Source: Akkermansia muciniphila
Lineage (GTDB): Bacteria; Verrucomicrobiota; Verrucomicrobiia; Verrucomicrobiales; Akkermansiaceae
Length of the DNA: 61,990 nucleotides
Reading direction: 5' to 3'
Assembly: GCA_945862285.1 (NCBI GenBank)
Contig: CAMAYN010000001.1
Coordinates: forward strand, 1-61,990
The notes under the pieces: model-generated
What the model saw: the letters and a program-made list of their open reading frames with translations, nothing else
Database searches by the model: none
Told to the model about the DNA's origin: nothing
In this document: piece after piece, positions 22,154 through 32,295 of the stretch
How positions within the stretch are numbered: position 1 is the stretch's first letter
How the letters are laid out: each line of letters starts with the position of its first letter
Position numbers and translations under genes: made by a program

Positions 22154-24772
22154 TTACTGCATCGGCAGCACACCTACTGGAGGAATTAAGTCAGTTGCCC
22201 CTACAGGAGTAATCGCCTCTGCGTCAACTGTAGGTGCAACGTTCGTATCTTTCAATACGGCACCCGTAGCATCGATGACTTGTGCGGTGACAAAAACAAT
22301 CAAGTTACTCTTGATCCGATTTTCCGCTTTGGTTTGGAAGAGTCGGCCAACGATGGGAATATCACCTAAAATCGGCACCTTATCTTCGACGTTTTGCACA
22401 TCTTCGCGCATCAAGCCGCCAACCGCTATGGTATGACCGTCATAGATCGAAAGAGTCGTATTGACGCGACGCACGGAGAAAACAGGCATTTCGATGCGGT
22501 TTTCCGTGACAACGACAGTTGTAGGGTTACCTAATGCGTCAGTCGAAGGCGACTGAATTGGGCTGCCGTAGTTAATGAAACCTTCGAACTCGACAATTTC
22601 AGGAGCAAATGTGAGTTCAATCACAGAGTTATTTGCCGACAAAGTTGGTTCGATCTCCATCGTGACGCCGGTGTTTCGAGTTTCAAATTCGACGGGTGTT
22701 GCAGGTGTTACAGTCGCCCCTTGACCACCGCCGCCACCGCCGCCCTGTCCGAATCCTCCGTTAAAGTTGCCTCCAACGTTCTGAGGGATCTGTGGGGGTT
22801 CGTAAGCAATTGGATAAATAAACTCGCGAATGATCTCAATCTTCGCTTTTTGACCAGACTTCGCCATGATGCTAGGCGCTGTCATAATGTCGGCACCTTT
22901 TTTCTGTGCTAATCCACGCATGATCATCTGCACTTGTCCATCAGTAAACAGACCTGTGAGGCTAAGGATACCAGGAGCGACGGAAGCATTTTGCGCGGTG
23001 CGAGTTGGATTGTTTAGAATAGCATCGATACTGTCGCGGGTAATCGCTGTAGAACCACTGCGATTTGAGCCTGTTACGATATTTGTTACATTCGTTCCAG
23101 TGGCGAGAGGAATACCGTCAATCGATTCGCCGCCTACAAAGTTCAAGAAGTCGGCGTTGGTGCGTCCTGGGCCGTTGCCGACTGTGCCGCCGCCGGGAAA
23201 TAGACCTCCGCCGATGGAGAAGGGCGCCACGATCCAATCAAAGCCAAGTTCATCACTGTTTTCTTGGCTAATCTCGACGAACTTCGTCAAGATTTTGATT
23301 TGTTTCGGTGCACCAAGCTCGAGGCTTCTTACAATCTCCTCGATCAACTCCATGTTGGTTGCTGTGTTGCGAACAATGAGTGTGCTATTTGCTGGATTGT
23401 AGGAAGCAGAAGCCTTTTCTGAAAAGGGAACTCCGCGGTTGATGAGCGCCTGTTGCGCTGTGGGCTTTGGTTTTAATGAGCTAGCTCCACCTGGGGCAGG
23501 TGTGGCAAATGGGTCTTCTGGTGCCGCGCCGCCACCTTCACCTTCACCACCTACTGCAGTAAGGAAATCAGGTGGAACAGTAAAGACACGATAAATAATT
23601 TCTTCGGTATCATCGCTGATCGGGACGATGCTTACCGCGTATTCGCCGACACGATATTTCATTCTTGCCGCTTCGCAGATTTGGCGAAGTGCTTCGGAAA
23701 CAGGGACGTTAGTTAGAAACAATTTGGGAATGCGAATCTGAGACGCATCGGTAGTAGTCGTAGTGGTATCGAGTGGTGCTGCTTCTAGTCCGCCGTCTGC
23801 GGCAGGAGCGGCAGCACCTGATGAGCGTGGACGTGGGATGACAAAGTTGATTCCTTTCGTCGTGTCGCTAGTAGCGAAGGTATCCAATTCTTTGCAACGC
23901 ATCCGCAGGAAATCAATGGCCTCGGAAAGAGTCGTGTCTTCTAGATTGACTGTTGGAAGAATGATACTGTTGAGTTTTTTGATGATTTGCGAAGATCCGC
24001 CGTCATTTCGATCCACACTTCCTGTATTGCTTGGTCCTTGAGGGAGTCCCATGGGGACTGCTAATTCCCATGCTTTATCGACTTGGGAAAGCAACTCGGC
24101 GCGGGCGTGGTCATACGCGGATCTGTAATACGCTGTTTTTGCAGCGGCGACTCTTTCCATCCAACGACGGGCGGCTGAGTTGTAGGGATCAATTAATAAA
24201 ATTTTCTCAAACTCTTTCTTGGCCTCATCAAATTTACCAAGATTGTAATATCCTTCACCATTGTATAGTGTGCGGCGAACTTTATCAACATCTTGGGTGT
24301 GCTTGAATGTGAGCACAGGATTGTGCTGAATCGGATCTTCTAAGATGCTAAGCTCTTTTTTCGCCAAGCCATTTTCTGGGTCAACTCCGGGGGCTAGCAC
24401 ACCCTCAATCAATGCACGGGCTTCGGCACTTTTACCCACCTTGCGAAACTGTCCGGCGAGAGCAACGGCGGCATTGGCGTAGTCAGCCGTCATAGCCGCG
24501 CGACGATCTGCAAGAATCGGTGCGTTGGGAAGAAGACTGATTGCTGCTCTGAGTTTGTCATGCGCTTCTTGATAATTTTCTTGTTGATACGCAACGCGTG
24601 CATCTGCTTGCAACTTATCAGCTTCTTTCACTGCGGCAATGCGGCGAGCGATTTCGCGTGAGGCAGTGCTGCCCGATTCTTGCTGGGCGTGAAGAGCTAC
24701 TGGCATGATGGAGGCTGTTGCGAGGAGCATCGCCAAGGTTTTCTTAATCGATATCGATGGTGTTTTTTGCAT
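22154..24772 (-). CDS. PilQ/GspD-type outer-membrane secretin (Amuc_1098 family)
   Basis: TPR N-terminus; secretin core with TRNTGVT.EIEP, DKVPILGDIPIVGRLF and NLIVFVT. Confidence 0.9.
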   Translation of the reverse strand: MQKTPSISIKKTLAMLLATASIMPVALHAQQESGSTASREIARRIAAVKEADKLQADARVAYQQENYQEAHDKLRAAISLLPNAPILADRRAAMTADYANAAVALAGQFRKVGKSAEARALIEGVLAPGVDPENGLAKKELSILEDPIQHNPVLTFKHTQDVDKVRRTLYNGEGYYNLGKFDEAKKEFEKILLIDPYNSAARRWMERVAAAKTAYYRSAYDHARAELLSQVDKAWELAVPMGLPQGPSNTGSVDRNDGGSSQIIKKLNSIILPTVNLEDTTLSEAIDFLRMRCKELDTFATSDTTKGINFVIPRPRSSGAAAPAADGGLEAAPLDTTTTTTDASQIRIPKLFLTNVPVSEALRQICEAARMKYRVGEYAVSIVPISDDTEEIIYRVFTVPPDFLTAVGGEGEGGGAAPEDPFATPAPGGASSLKPKPTAQQALINRGVPFSEKASASYNPANSTLIVRNTATNMELIEEIVRSLELGAPKQIKILTKFVEISQENSDELGFDWIVAPFSIGGGLFPGGGTVGNGPGRTNADFLNFVGGESIDGIPLATGTNVTNIVTGSNRSGSTAITRDSIDAILNNPTRTAQNASVAPGILSLTGLFTDGQVQMIMRGLAQKKGADIMTAPSIMAKSGQKAKIEIIREFIYPIAYEPPQIPQNVGGNFNGGFGQGGGGGGGQGATVTPATPVEFETRNTGVTMEIEPTLSANNSVIELTFAPEIVEFEGFINYGSPIQSPSTDALGNPTTVVVTENRIEMPVFSVRRVNTTLSIYDGHTIAVGGLMREDVQNVEDKVPILGDIPIVGRLFQTKAENRIKSNLIVFVTAQVIDATGAVLKDTNVAPTVDAEAITPVGATDLIPPVGVLPMQ

Positions 24773-24840
24773 GTGCGTCGAGGTGTTTATGTCGTGTTAG
24801 AGTGGGATTGAAAAGAGGAAATTTCGAAAATGTTTACGAA

Positions 24841-25968
24841 TTATGGATTTAGCGGAATGATTCGTGTCATGACTTCACCTTTCTTCGATTTGTATTCGAT
24901 GGTGATTTGGTCTTTTTTGACTTCTTTTAATAAGTAATTTTTTTCCTTGGCATCACTGGGAAGGGCAAATGTTGTATTTTCTTCCACGGTAAATGTTTTC
25001 CCTGTTTCACCTGCGGCATTGAGATTCAAGACGGCACTGCGATCATAGCGCACGGTTTTTGCACGGTCTTGTGGGTTGCGTGGGATCTCAAACAGATCCA
25101 TTTTATTGGCTTTGGTGTCTTGAATTGTGGCGAATTCGACATCTACATTGGCATTGAGTTGTGGATTGAAAACTTGCTTGTTTTGTACTTTCTTCAGCAC
25201 GAAACGATTTTTCTGAAATGTCTTCGCCGCAGCTTGCCATTTTTTATCAGGAACATTTTCAAAAATATTACTATCTGGCGCGACGGGTTCTTCTGTGCGA
25301 GCGTAAGCAATTTGCGCATCTCTCAAAAAGTTTGCTTGTTTCACTGGAGCGGCATTTTCAAACGCCGCTGGGAGTTCGGCAATTTTGAACTCATATTGGT
25401 TCGGCCCCAGTGCCATGGTAAACCAGAGGAAATAGGGCGTGGATGAGTATTTTACGAATTCAAGCTTATCGGCTAGTTCTGGATAGCTGGCTACATCATT
25501 CGGATTCGTTGCGGCCTTGTATTCGTCGAGATTCGAAAAACCATCTTTGTCAGGGTCACGGGATGGGCCATCCGAGAGAAACATGTCATCCTTGAGTTGA
25601 TTTTCTAGCCACCATGTATTGGGGATGTCGGCATGGATCGGTGGATCGATCATCGGATCGACAGATTTGGGTGAGTCTTGTCCCGACTCTGGCTTGCGAG
25701 ATAGCAGAGAAACTCCAACGAAGAGATCGACGGGGCGTTTTTTCTCACCAACAAGGGCGGTAGGGGAAGAAAGCGGGGTATCGAGCATACTGATCGTACT
25801 AGCGAGATCGGCGGCACCTACGATGGACGCGTCATTTTTATTCGTAGGGTTCGATGAAAAGCTGAAGTCTTCTTCGACGGCTGTAATCTTCGAATAGCCG
25901 AGGAAAGCAACGCCGAGAGCGATGACGGAGGCGACGCCAAGAATGATTTTTTCCGAGTTTTTTTTCAT
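24841..25968 (-). CDS. Amuc_1099 family pilus-like system protein
   Basis: N-terminal TM (EKIILG), DPDKDGFSNLDEY...TNP motif, and position in the operon. Confidence 0.75.
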   Translation of the reverse strand: MKKNSEKIILGVASVIALGVAFLGYSKITAVEEDFSFSSNPTNKNDASIVGAADLASTISMLDTPLSSPTALVGEKKRPVDLFVGVSLLSRKPESGQDSPKSVDPMIDPPIHADIPNTWWLENQLKDDMFLSDGPSRDPDKDGFSNLDEYKAATNPNDVASYPELADKLEFVKYSSTPYFLWFTMALGPNQYEFKIAELPAAFENAAPVKQANFLRDAQIAYARTEEPVAPDSNIFENVPDKKWQAAAKTFQKNRFVLKKVQNKQVFNPQLNANVDVEFATIQDTKANKMDLFEIPRNPQDRAKTVRYDRSAVLNLNAAGETGKTFTVEENTTFALPSDAKEKNYLLKEVKKDQITIEYKSKKGEVMTRIIPLNP

Positions 25969-25998
25969 TTTAAATAAGAATGGGGATAAAAATGATGA

Positions 25999-26970
25999 TT
26001 AAGGTTTTTTATTGGTTTTTGCCGCAGGTGCAGGATGGAAGCGAACGATGTCGATGCGCATGAAGACTTGAATTTTTTCTCCTCCGAGTACTTCTTTGAG
26101 AATGATTTCTGAAGTCATGGTTTTGGCTGGTTCTGTCTTGGCCTTTTCACCTTCAGCAGGTTCGCCAGGAAGGACGAATTCGCCAAAGGGAGAAGCAGCG
26201 GGTGCATCTTTATTGCCAGCTTCATCAGTCGCTGCGGTCTCGAAGCGAGCTTCAGAGGCGAGGGGAGGGGTTTGCTTTTCATTGGTGACGCGCATGGAGC
26301 GAATCATATAAAAGTGAGTCTTGGAGTTTTGCGTGGCATCCAACAAGGAGCGGAGGGTTTTTTCTGATCCCGTAAAAGATAATTCTATGGGCAAGGCGCG
26401 ATAGATGGAGTCTTTTGCAGGTGTTTCCTCTTTGCCAGTCTCTTCAGCGAGTGGTTCGCGGTAGAGAGCCATGATGGAGGCAGGTTTGGCGGCGGCGAGA
26501 GCGCGCGTCAATTCGCTGATGGCATCGAGTTGGTAGGAAAGTATGCCTGTCGCTCCTTGTTTGGCAGGGGTGTCAGCGTATTTTTCAAAGCCGAGGAAAA
26601 AGCCATCGGGCAGCGCGGCACCTTTCAGTGCTTCTTTTACTTCGGCGACTTCTTTGACAAGTTTGTCAGTGAAAGCTTGAGCATCGGTATTCGTTACTGG
26701 CTCGGAGCCGTATTTACGGAGTTCTGTGATCAGCTTATTTGACTCGGTATCGAAGTTTTTAATATTTTTTTCCTTACTGGCGATGTTATCTGGAGTAGGA
26801 GAAAGTTGAAGGTTGTTGTATTTATTGATTTCAGTGGAGACCTCTTCATAGGAGGCCTTCGCTTCGTCGTAGCGAGTGCTGGCAGAGCCGGCCCAGAAGT
26901 AAAGACCTGTGGAGCAAGCGGCAGTGATGACGGAGAGGATGATGACGAATTTTTTTTCCTGTGGATTCAT
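25999..26970 (-). CDS. Amuc_1100 family pilus-like (PilO-like) protein
   Basis: N-terminal TM, FFLGFEKY, ILSYQL and LPIELSFTG...IRSMRVTNE; lies between the PilM-like gene and Amuc_1099. Confidence 0.8.
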   Translation of the reverse strand: MNPQEKKFVIILSVITAACSTGLYFWAGSASTRYDEAKASYEEVSTEINKYNNLQLSPTPDNIASKEKNIKNFDTESNKLITELRKYGSEPVTNTDAQAFTDKLVKEVAEVKEALKGAALPDGFFLGFEKYADTPAKQGATGILSYQLDAISELTRALAAAKPASIMALYREPLAEETGKEETPAKDSIYRALPIELSFTGSEKTLRSLLDATQNSKTHFYMIRSMRVTNEKQTPPLASEARFETAATDEAGNKDAPAASPFGEFVLPGEPAEGEKAKTEPAKTMTSEIILKEVLGGEKIQVFMRIDIVRFHPAPAAKTNKKP

Positions 26971-27003
26971 AATGCGAGAAAGATGCGGTAGAGTCGGAGT
27001 GAA

Positions 27004-28863
27004 TTACTTAGCGGGGACTTCACGAGTGATGGGAAGTACGATTTCGAAAGGCCAAGCGTATTTCTCTTTTTCATCTTCGGCACTTTGTAATTTGATGAGG
27101 ATATTTTCTTTGGGGAATTCAGCGACAGATTTATCGGGATTGAGTCCAGAGAATTTGAAAATCGTGGATGTTGAGCCTTGCAGGGAGGCCAGCAACTTGT
27201 TGACGACGTTCTGTTTATCTGGATTATCCCGCCACATTCCTTTGATGCGAATGGCATTAAAGGTGGAGCTGTCGGTAGTGTTCGTATTCGCTTTGGAAGG
27301 CGCGGACGTAGCGGTAGCTACCTTGGCGATGATCGAGGAAGTCGTGGAATTGGCACCAAAATCATCCTTCACCACTGATTCACCATTGACGTCGGGTTGG
27401 CCTGCTTCAACTTTCTTTTTCAATGGGTCATAGCCCCTGACAGGAGCCATGTCCACACTCCAAACATACTGGCTGGAGAAGTGAGTGGTGATTTCGTTGA
27501 GAGCGGCGACCCAAAATGTTTGATTCAACTTAGCTGTGATGTAGGCTTGTGCGGTCGCCTTGAGTTGTGACTCTTTGCGGAGCAAGTTCTCCATCGGCAC
27601 ACCCGTTTGGGCGAGTGTTTCTTTTTCTTGCTTCAGGGCGGCGAGTCGCTCTTCGGCATCGGAAGCCGCTTTGCTCTTCAGTAAACCAAATGCTGCCATG
27701 CCGACGACGATGGCCGCGGCGGAAGCGATAAAGAAGGGCTTACGTTTGTCCGCACTGCGCAAGGCCTCGACGCTGGCTGGTACGAGATCGATATTAATCG
27801 AAGATTTTCCTGTGGTGCGTAAACCGAGACCGATGAGTTCGCCCATTAGGTGAGCCTCGCGTGAAAGAAGTTCGGCATCGACATTTTTTCCAACGCTGAT
27901 GCTGCGGAGTGGATTAAAGTATTCTACGGGTATGCCGAGCTTTTCTTCGAGGAATTCCTTGGCATAAGGCAAGGTAGCACCGCCGCCTGCGAGAACGATA
28001 CGGCGTGGTGCATTACCACTATGATTGCTGCGATAGTGGTTCGTGGTGCGTGCGATTTCCGTTGGGAGTCGCGTCATGGCATTTCTGATGACCGTGCCAA
28101 GGGCGGCGACGGCTTCATCGAGATGGGATGTATGACCACCGCCAAGAGTCACGATGCCGTTGGAAGTTTTTTGGCTTTCTGCTTCTGCGAAGCTGATTCC
28201 ATATTCTTTTGCTATGGCTGTGGTAATGGATGCGCCCCCTACGGAAATGCTGCGGGTGAAGAAACGTGCACCCTCAATGTAAAGGAGGTTGCTTGTTTTA
28301 GCTCCGACATCAATCAGTAGCACGGGTTCTTGCACATCCGCATAAGCACTGCGGAAGGCGTTGTAGAGAGCCATTGGAGCGACATCGATTTCCGAAGTCA
28401 AGAATCCATGTCCGAGAATGCAGCTATTGATTTCATCGAGTGCGTCAGACTTAATGGCGACGAGCGCGACTTCTTTTTCTCCGGGAGCACCGGGGAGTAA
28501 TTCGTAATCCCAAACGACGGTGTCTAAGGGGAATGGGAATTGCTGTTGTGCCTCAAAGGTGACGAGTTGATCAATGTTGTCGCTATCGATGGCAGGAAGC
28601 TTCACGAATCGGGTTAGAACGGATTGACCGGCTACCGCGTAGCGAATCCTTGTGCCTTTGGCGATTTTTAGCCGTTGTGCCAATTCTTGGATGGCGAGCC
28701 GTGTTTGTGGCATGCGGATCACTTCGGCAGCAGGATCTGCGAGAATTGAGGTGGATTCGTAGGCCTTGAGCACTAATCCTCCAGATTTGGAGGTTTCAAA
28801 GACAGCCATGCTAATGCGCTGCGACCCAATGTTAAGAACTACGGAGCTTGGAGTTTCTGCCAT
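27004..28863 (-). CDS. pilM: PilM-like actin-fold protein fused to a PilN-like region (Amuc_1101 family)
   Basis: LNIGS, LLIDVGAKTS, GGASIT and LAGGG actin-like motifs, then IDLVP plus a TM (PilN-like). Confidence 0.85.
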   Translation of the reverse strand: MAETPSSVVLNIGSQRISMAVFETSKSGGLVLKAYESTSILADPAAEVIRMPQTRLAIQELAQRLKIAKGTRIRYAVAGQSVLTRFVKLPAIDSDNIDQLVTFEAQQQFPFPLDTVVWDYELLPGAPGEKEVALVAIKSDALDEINSCILGHGFLTSEIDVAPMALYNAFRSAYADVQEPVLLIDVGAKTSNLLYIEGARFFTRSISVGGASITTAIAKEYGISFAEAESQKTSNGIVTLGGGHTSHLDEAVAALGTVIRNAMTRLPTEIARTTNHYRSNHSGNAPRRIVLAGGGATLPYAKEFLEEKLGIPVEYFNPLRSISVGKNVDAELLSREAHLMGELIGLGLRTTGKSSINIDLVPASVEALRSADKRKPFFIASAAAIVVGMAAFGLLKSKAASDAEERLAALKQEKETLAQTGVPMENLLRKESQLKATAQAYITAKLNQTFWVAALNEITTHFSSQYVWSVDMAPVRGYDPLKKKVEAGQPDVNGESVVKDDFGANSTTSSIIAKVATATSAPSKANTNTTDSSTFNAIRIKGMWRDNPDKQNVVNKLLASLQGSTSTIFKFSGLNPDKSVAEFPKENILIKLQSAEDEKEKYAWPFEIVLPITREVPAK

Positions 28864-28918
28864 ATTTGTTAGATTTTTTTGAAGAAAAAATGGTATGAGG
28901 AAATGTGGTGTGACCTAA

Positions 28919-29533
28919 TTATCGATTATCTGGTTTAATTTCCGCATAGCGGTCATACCAGAAAATGGAGAAGGGTGTATCATTTTTCGAAAGCAACGGA
29001 ATGGAGCTATCCTCGCTAATTTTGTCGCTCTTCATAGTCCACCATTTATCTTTACCTTTATTGGTATTGGTCTTTTTCTCTTCACCATCGACGAAAACTT
29101 CGTATCCGACGAATTCGACGGCATTTTTACCACCACGTGGTGATCCAGTTAGGAGGCGAATGGAGTTAGGACTTAGATAGATAGAGGAATAGATATCCTC
29201 ATTGAGAGGTACGTTGATGTGGGTGATGCTTTTGGTAAGAAGTAAAAATGTTCCAGGCTTTTCTGGGTTTTTAACCGCAACATACCACTTTACAATCACC
29301 TCCTTGGCCGTTTTTGATTTTGGTTCTGGGCTGAGTTGGACTTTGATCTTTGCTTCTACCTCTAACCAATCGTTTGGCGTAAAGCGTTTGCTGTTAGGAA
29401 GCTGGATGTTAGGCGATTGCAAATCGTCAAAAGTAGGCTTGTCGCCATCAACTTTCGACGCTGCGGAAGCAATTGGGCTCGATAACAAAAAGGCTGTAGA
29501 GAATAATACGAATAAGTTAGAATTCATTTTCAT
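28919..29533 (-). CDS. Amuc_1102 family pilus-like protein
   Basis: Signal peptide; WLEVE, VKWYVAV and LLSKNDTPF..FWYDRY; first gene of the operon. Confidence 0.75.
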   Translation of the reverse strand: MKMNSNLFVLFSTAFLLSSPIASAASKVDGDKPTFDDLQSPNIQLPNSKRFTPNDWLEVEAKIKVQLSPEPKSKTAKEVIVKWYVAVKNPEKPGTFLLLTKSITHINVPLNEDIYSSIYLSPNSIRLLTGSPRGGKNAVEFVGYEVFVDGEEKKTNTNKGKDKWWTMKSDKISEDSSIPLLSKNDTPFSIFWYDRYAEIKPDNR

Positions 29534-29700
29534 GGGTTGTGCGTAACGACTCGTTACCTACTAACCAAATTGGGCTGGGATGACCAGAGAAAAACTGGTG
29601 TAAGAACATTTTTTTTCCAAACGTAAATACATGGCTTGGTTCCGAGGGTAAGTCGCTGATCATCGTTGACTTGCTGGTGGAAATGGTAAATCTAGCCGCG

Positions 29701-30435
29701 ATGCATTGTAATTCCTCAGATTTTCTAACAAATGCGCCATTGTTTGTCGGCAGCCTTGGCGGTGATTTTTCATCAATCAATGATCATTCTGAGGTCTTCA
29801 ATCGATGTGATTTGGTGGAGATTCGCTGGGATCTGATCGATGATGTCGCATCCGAAGAGCAAAAAGCAGTTGATTTTCTGCTGAATCAAACGCGTCCCCT
29901 CTTGCATACGGCGCGTGTGCCGGCTGAAGGTGGAAAAAGAATGATGCCTATTGCTGGCATAAAAACCGTGGCGGCCAAGATCAGGCCGGGGGATTTATGG
30001 GACGTGGAGTTAGCAACATGGCTCAATGAAGAAGAACGGCGCGAGGCATTTTTGCAAGGTTGGGGTGAGATTGCGCCCATTCTCGTTTTATCATTCCACA
30101 ACTTCTCGGTAACTCCTTCGCTCGATGAATTGAAAAAACGAAGAGATCAAGCTCGTTACGCGAAAGCACACATTTTCAAAGTGGCGACATATTTGGAAAC
30201 AGAAACAGACGTGGAGCGACTATTGGCACTTCAGAATGAAGACGCGGGAATTGCCGTTGCCACTATGGGGATGGGCCAGTTTGGGGCAGATTCGCGGATT
30301 CGTTGTGCTGATGCAGGATCTGTTTTAAATTATGGTTACCTAGGTTCACAACCCACCGCGCCGGGACAATGGGAGGTAGGGAAATTACGGGATACCTTCC
30401 TAGAGTTGAAAAAAGGAGAGTCGCGCGTCGATTGA
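29701..30435 (+). CDS. aroD: Type I 3-dehydroquinate dehydratase
   Basis: EIRWD, TAR..AEGG, DVEL, SFHNF, FKVA (Schiff-base Lys), MG..G..SR and APGQ. Start uncertain (29671-29701). Confidence 0.85.
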   Translation: MHCNSSDFLTNAPLFVGSLGGDFSSINDHSEVFNRCDLVEIRWDLIDDVASEEQKAVDFLLNQTRPLLHTARVPAEGGKRMMPIAGIKTVAAKIRPGDLWDVELATWLNEEERREAFLQGWGEIAPILVLSFHNFSVTPSLDELKKRRDQARYAKAHIFKVATYLETETDVERLLALQNEDAGIAVATMGMGQFGADSRIRCADAGSVLNYGYLGSQPTAPGQWEVGKLRDTFLELKKGESRVD

Positions 30436-30516
30436 TTCACTTCAGTCAAATCCCGAGTTGCGCAGCGAGAATCGATAATAGATTTGCAAGATTTCGTAAG
30501 AAGAAAGAGCAGGCGT

Positions 30517-31620
30517 TTAAGGATTTCGAATAACTTTCAAGCGAGTAAATTTTGCATTACCGCTGGTAGCGGGAGCAACATCTACCTGCACGCAGTCCCA
30601 TTCTGCAGTGGATGAAATGATTTGTGCTGTTCCCATTTCTGGCAGCCACGTGTTTTCTGCCAGCGTTGTAGAGGACTCGACAACATAAGTTACATCGATC
30701 GGCTCATTCGGCACGCTCGGCTTGCGCCGGAAATAGCGAAATTTCCACGTGTTACCAGCGGTTGGTGGCAATATCAGTTGTGGTGCCATCGCCTGGCCGT
30801 CAGAACTACGCAGCGATGAAGAAATCAGTGGCTCACCACCTAGGGCGTATTCGAGTAATTGATTCCATCCATCGCCATCGGGATCACAGGAGTCGGATGT
30901 GGTATTGGCATCGAGAAGTTCCACCATACTAAAACGCGTAGCTGTCCAACGCGCGTAGTCGCCGATTGCAAAAGCAATGGGTTGTGGCGAGCTCACGGGC
31001 GAAGTAGCACCACCGCTGAACGTGCCTTGAACGGTGAGATTTACGATCCATAAGCCTTTTTTGGTAAACGCCCAATTCATGTGCTCATGGTTGTCAGGTT
31101 TAGGATAGAGGTCGGTAGAATTGATGCCATTGTCGGTGCGGAAATAGGGGATGGGATTGGAGTTGGAAAAGTACAATGCTACCATGCCGCCTGCTGGACC
31201 AATCACGCTGTGTAATCGATAGTTCAATGGATTTCCTGCCATGTTGCTTGGAGTAGCAGCAAAGCCTGGCGTAAAAAATGCGGTGCCATTGAAACGCCAA
31301 AAAGTGCTTCCAGAAGGAATACCTAGAAAGTCCCACTGCGTACCAATCGGACGCGTGACAATCGTGCCGCCGCCCCCAGTGATATTAGAACCTGCGAAGA
31401 AGATTGAGCTAAGTGGTACGCTGGTAGATGCCACTGCTGTCCACGTCCAAGTAGTGGATGTGGTATTGTATGCCGGTGTGATTTCCCAATGGTTATTGCC
31501 TGGCGGATTCAATGCATGTGCATATCCTGCGAACAGACTGAAAAACGCAAGACTATGGCCTAACCACTCCCGGAATTTCACCCAAGTTATTTCCTTGTTC
31601 GATTTGTTGCTTAAATTCAT
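30517..31620 (-). CDS. Surface protein with a choice-of-anchor M / TIGR03769-like His motif and a verrucomicrobial C-terminal module
   Basis: HEHMNWAFTKKGLW motif; DPDGDG.NQLLEYALG followed by YVVESSTTL..W...KFTRLKV at the C-terminus. Confidence 0.7.
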   Translation of the reverse strand: MNLSNKSNKEITWVKFREWLGHSLAFFSLFAGYAHALNPPGNNHWEITPAYNTTSTTWTWTAVASTSVPLSSIFFAGSNITGGGGTIVTRPIGTQWDFLGIPSGSTFWRFNGTAFFTPGFAATPSNMAGNPLNYRLHSVIGPAGGMVALYFSNSNPIPYFRTDNGINSTDLYPKPDNHEHMNWAFTKKGLWIVNLTVQGTFSGGATSPVSSPQPIAFAIGDYARWTATRFSMVELLDANTTSDSCDPDGDGWNQLLEYALGGEPLISSSLRSSDGQAMAPQLILPPTAGNTWKFRYFRRKPSVPNEPIDVTYVVESSTTLAENTWLPEMGTAQIISSTAEWDCVQVDVAPATSGNAKFTRLKVIRNP

Positions 31621-32269
31621 TTCCAGTAATATTTTCTACATGGCCATCTGCGTAGAGATAGTTCGCACAGCCTTTGGTGTTATCGTTAGAGCCTTGGCGT
31701 TTGTGGATGTCTGGTGCAATATCGCGAGTGACACTAGCCCATGAACTCCACATTTCACTGTGGGTATGATCTTCGCCGCGAAATGGGCTGCGACTATCAC
31801 TGACGGGAAAAACAAGAATCGTCTTGGAAGGTTCTGGGAGGCGGTCAGGGCGATTGTAGTTCACCTGTGGTTCATCAGCCATGGCATCAATTTCAGCGGC
31901 AAACACCAAATTATTCAGAATATAGCTCGAGGCGCGATTTCTCTCGCGGTCTTTGGCCTTGAGATCCGCAGGGCAGATAAAAACATCGGTATTTTCGCCA
32001 AGATATTCCTCCAGTTGCGTAATCCACGCTTGTTCCGCAGGCTTTGTATGAGTTGTGTCTGGGTAGAATCCTTGGTTGTCATTGGCAAATTGTTGCATGG
32101 CGATGCCAATATTGCGCAAGTTCGAGGCGCAAGTTGCCATTCTGGACATGGCAATGCCTTTTTTCACAGCAAAAAAAACAAGTGAACTCAAGGCAAGAAT
32201 GATGCCTATTACGACGAGCAACTCGACGAGCGTGAAGCCATTTCTCTTTTGTTGTAAAGGGGATTTCAT
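31553..32269 (-). CDS. Prepilin-type N-methylation / H-X9-DG pilin-like protein
   Basis: GFTLVELLVVIGII, C.SNLRNIG.A, F.CPAD and ANYLYADGHV. Confidence 0.9.
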   Translation of the reverse strand: MKSPLQQKRNGFTLVELLVVIGIILALSSLVFFAVKKGIAMSRMATCASNLRNIGIAMQQFANDNQGFYPDTTHTKPAEQAWITQLEEYLGENTDVFICPADLKAKDRERNRASSYILNNLVFAAEIDAMADEPQVNYNRPDRLPEPSKTILVFPVSDSRSPFRGEDHTHSEMWSSWASVTRDIAPDIHKRQGSNDNTKGCANYLYADGHVENITGNEFKQQIEQGNNLGEIPGVVRP

Positions 32270-32295
32270 TTTATAGGCAGAACATGAATGTCGTC

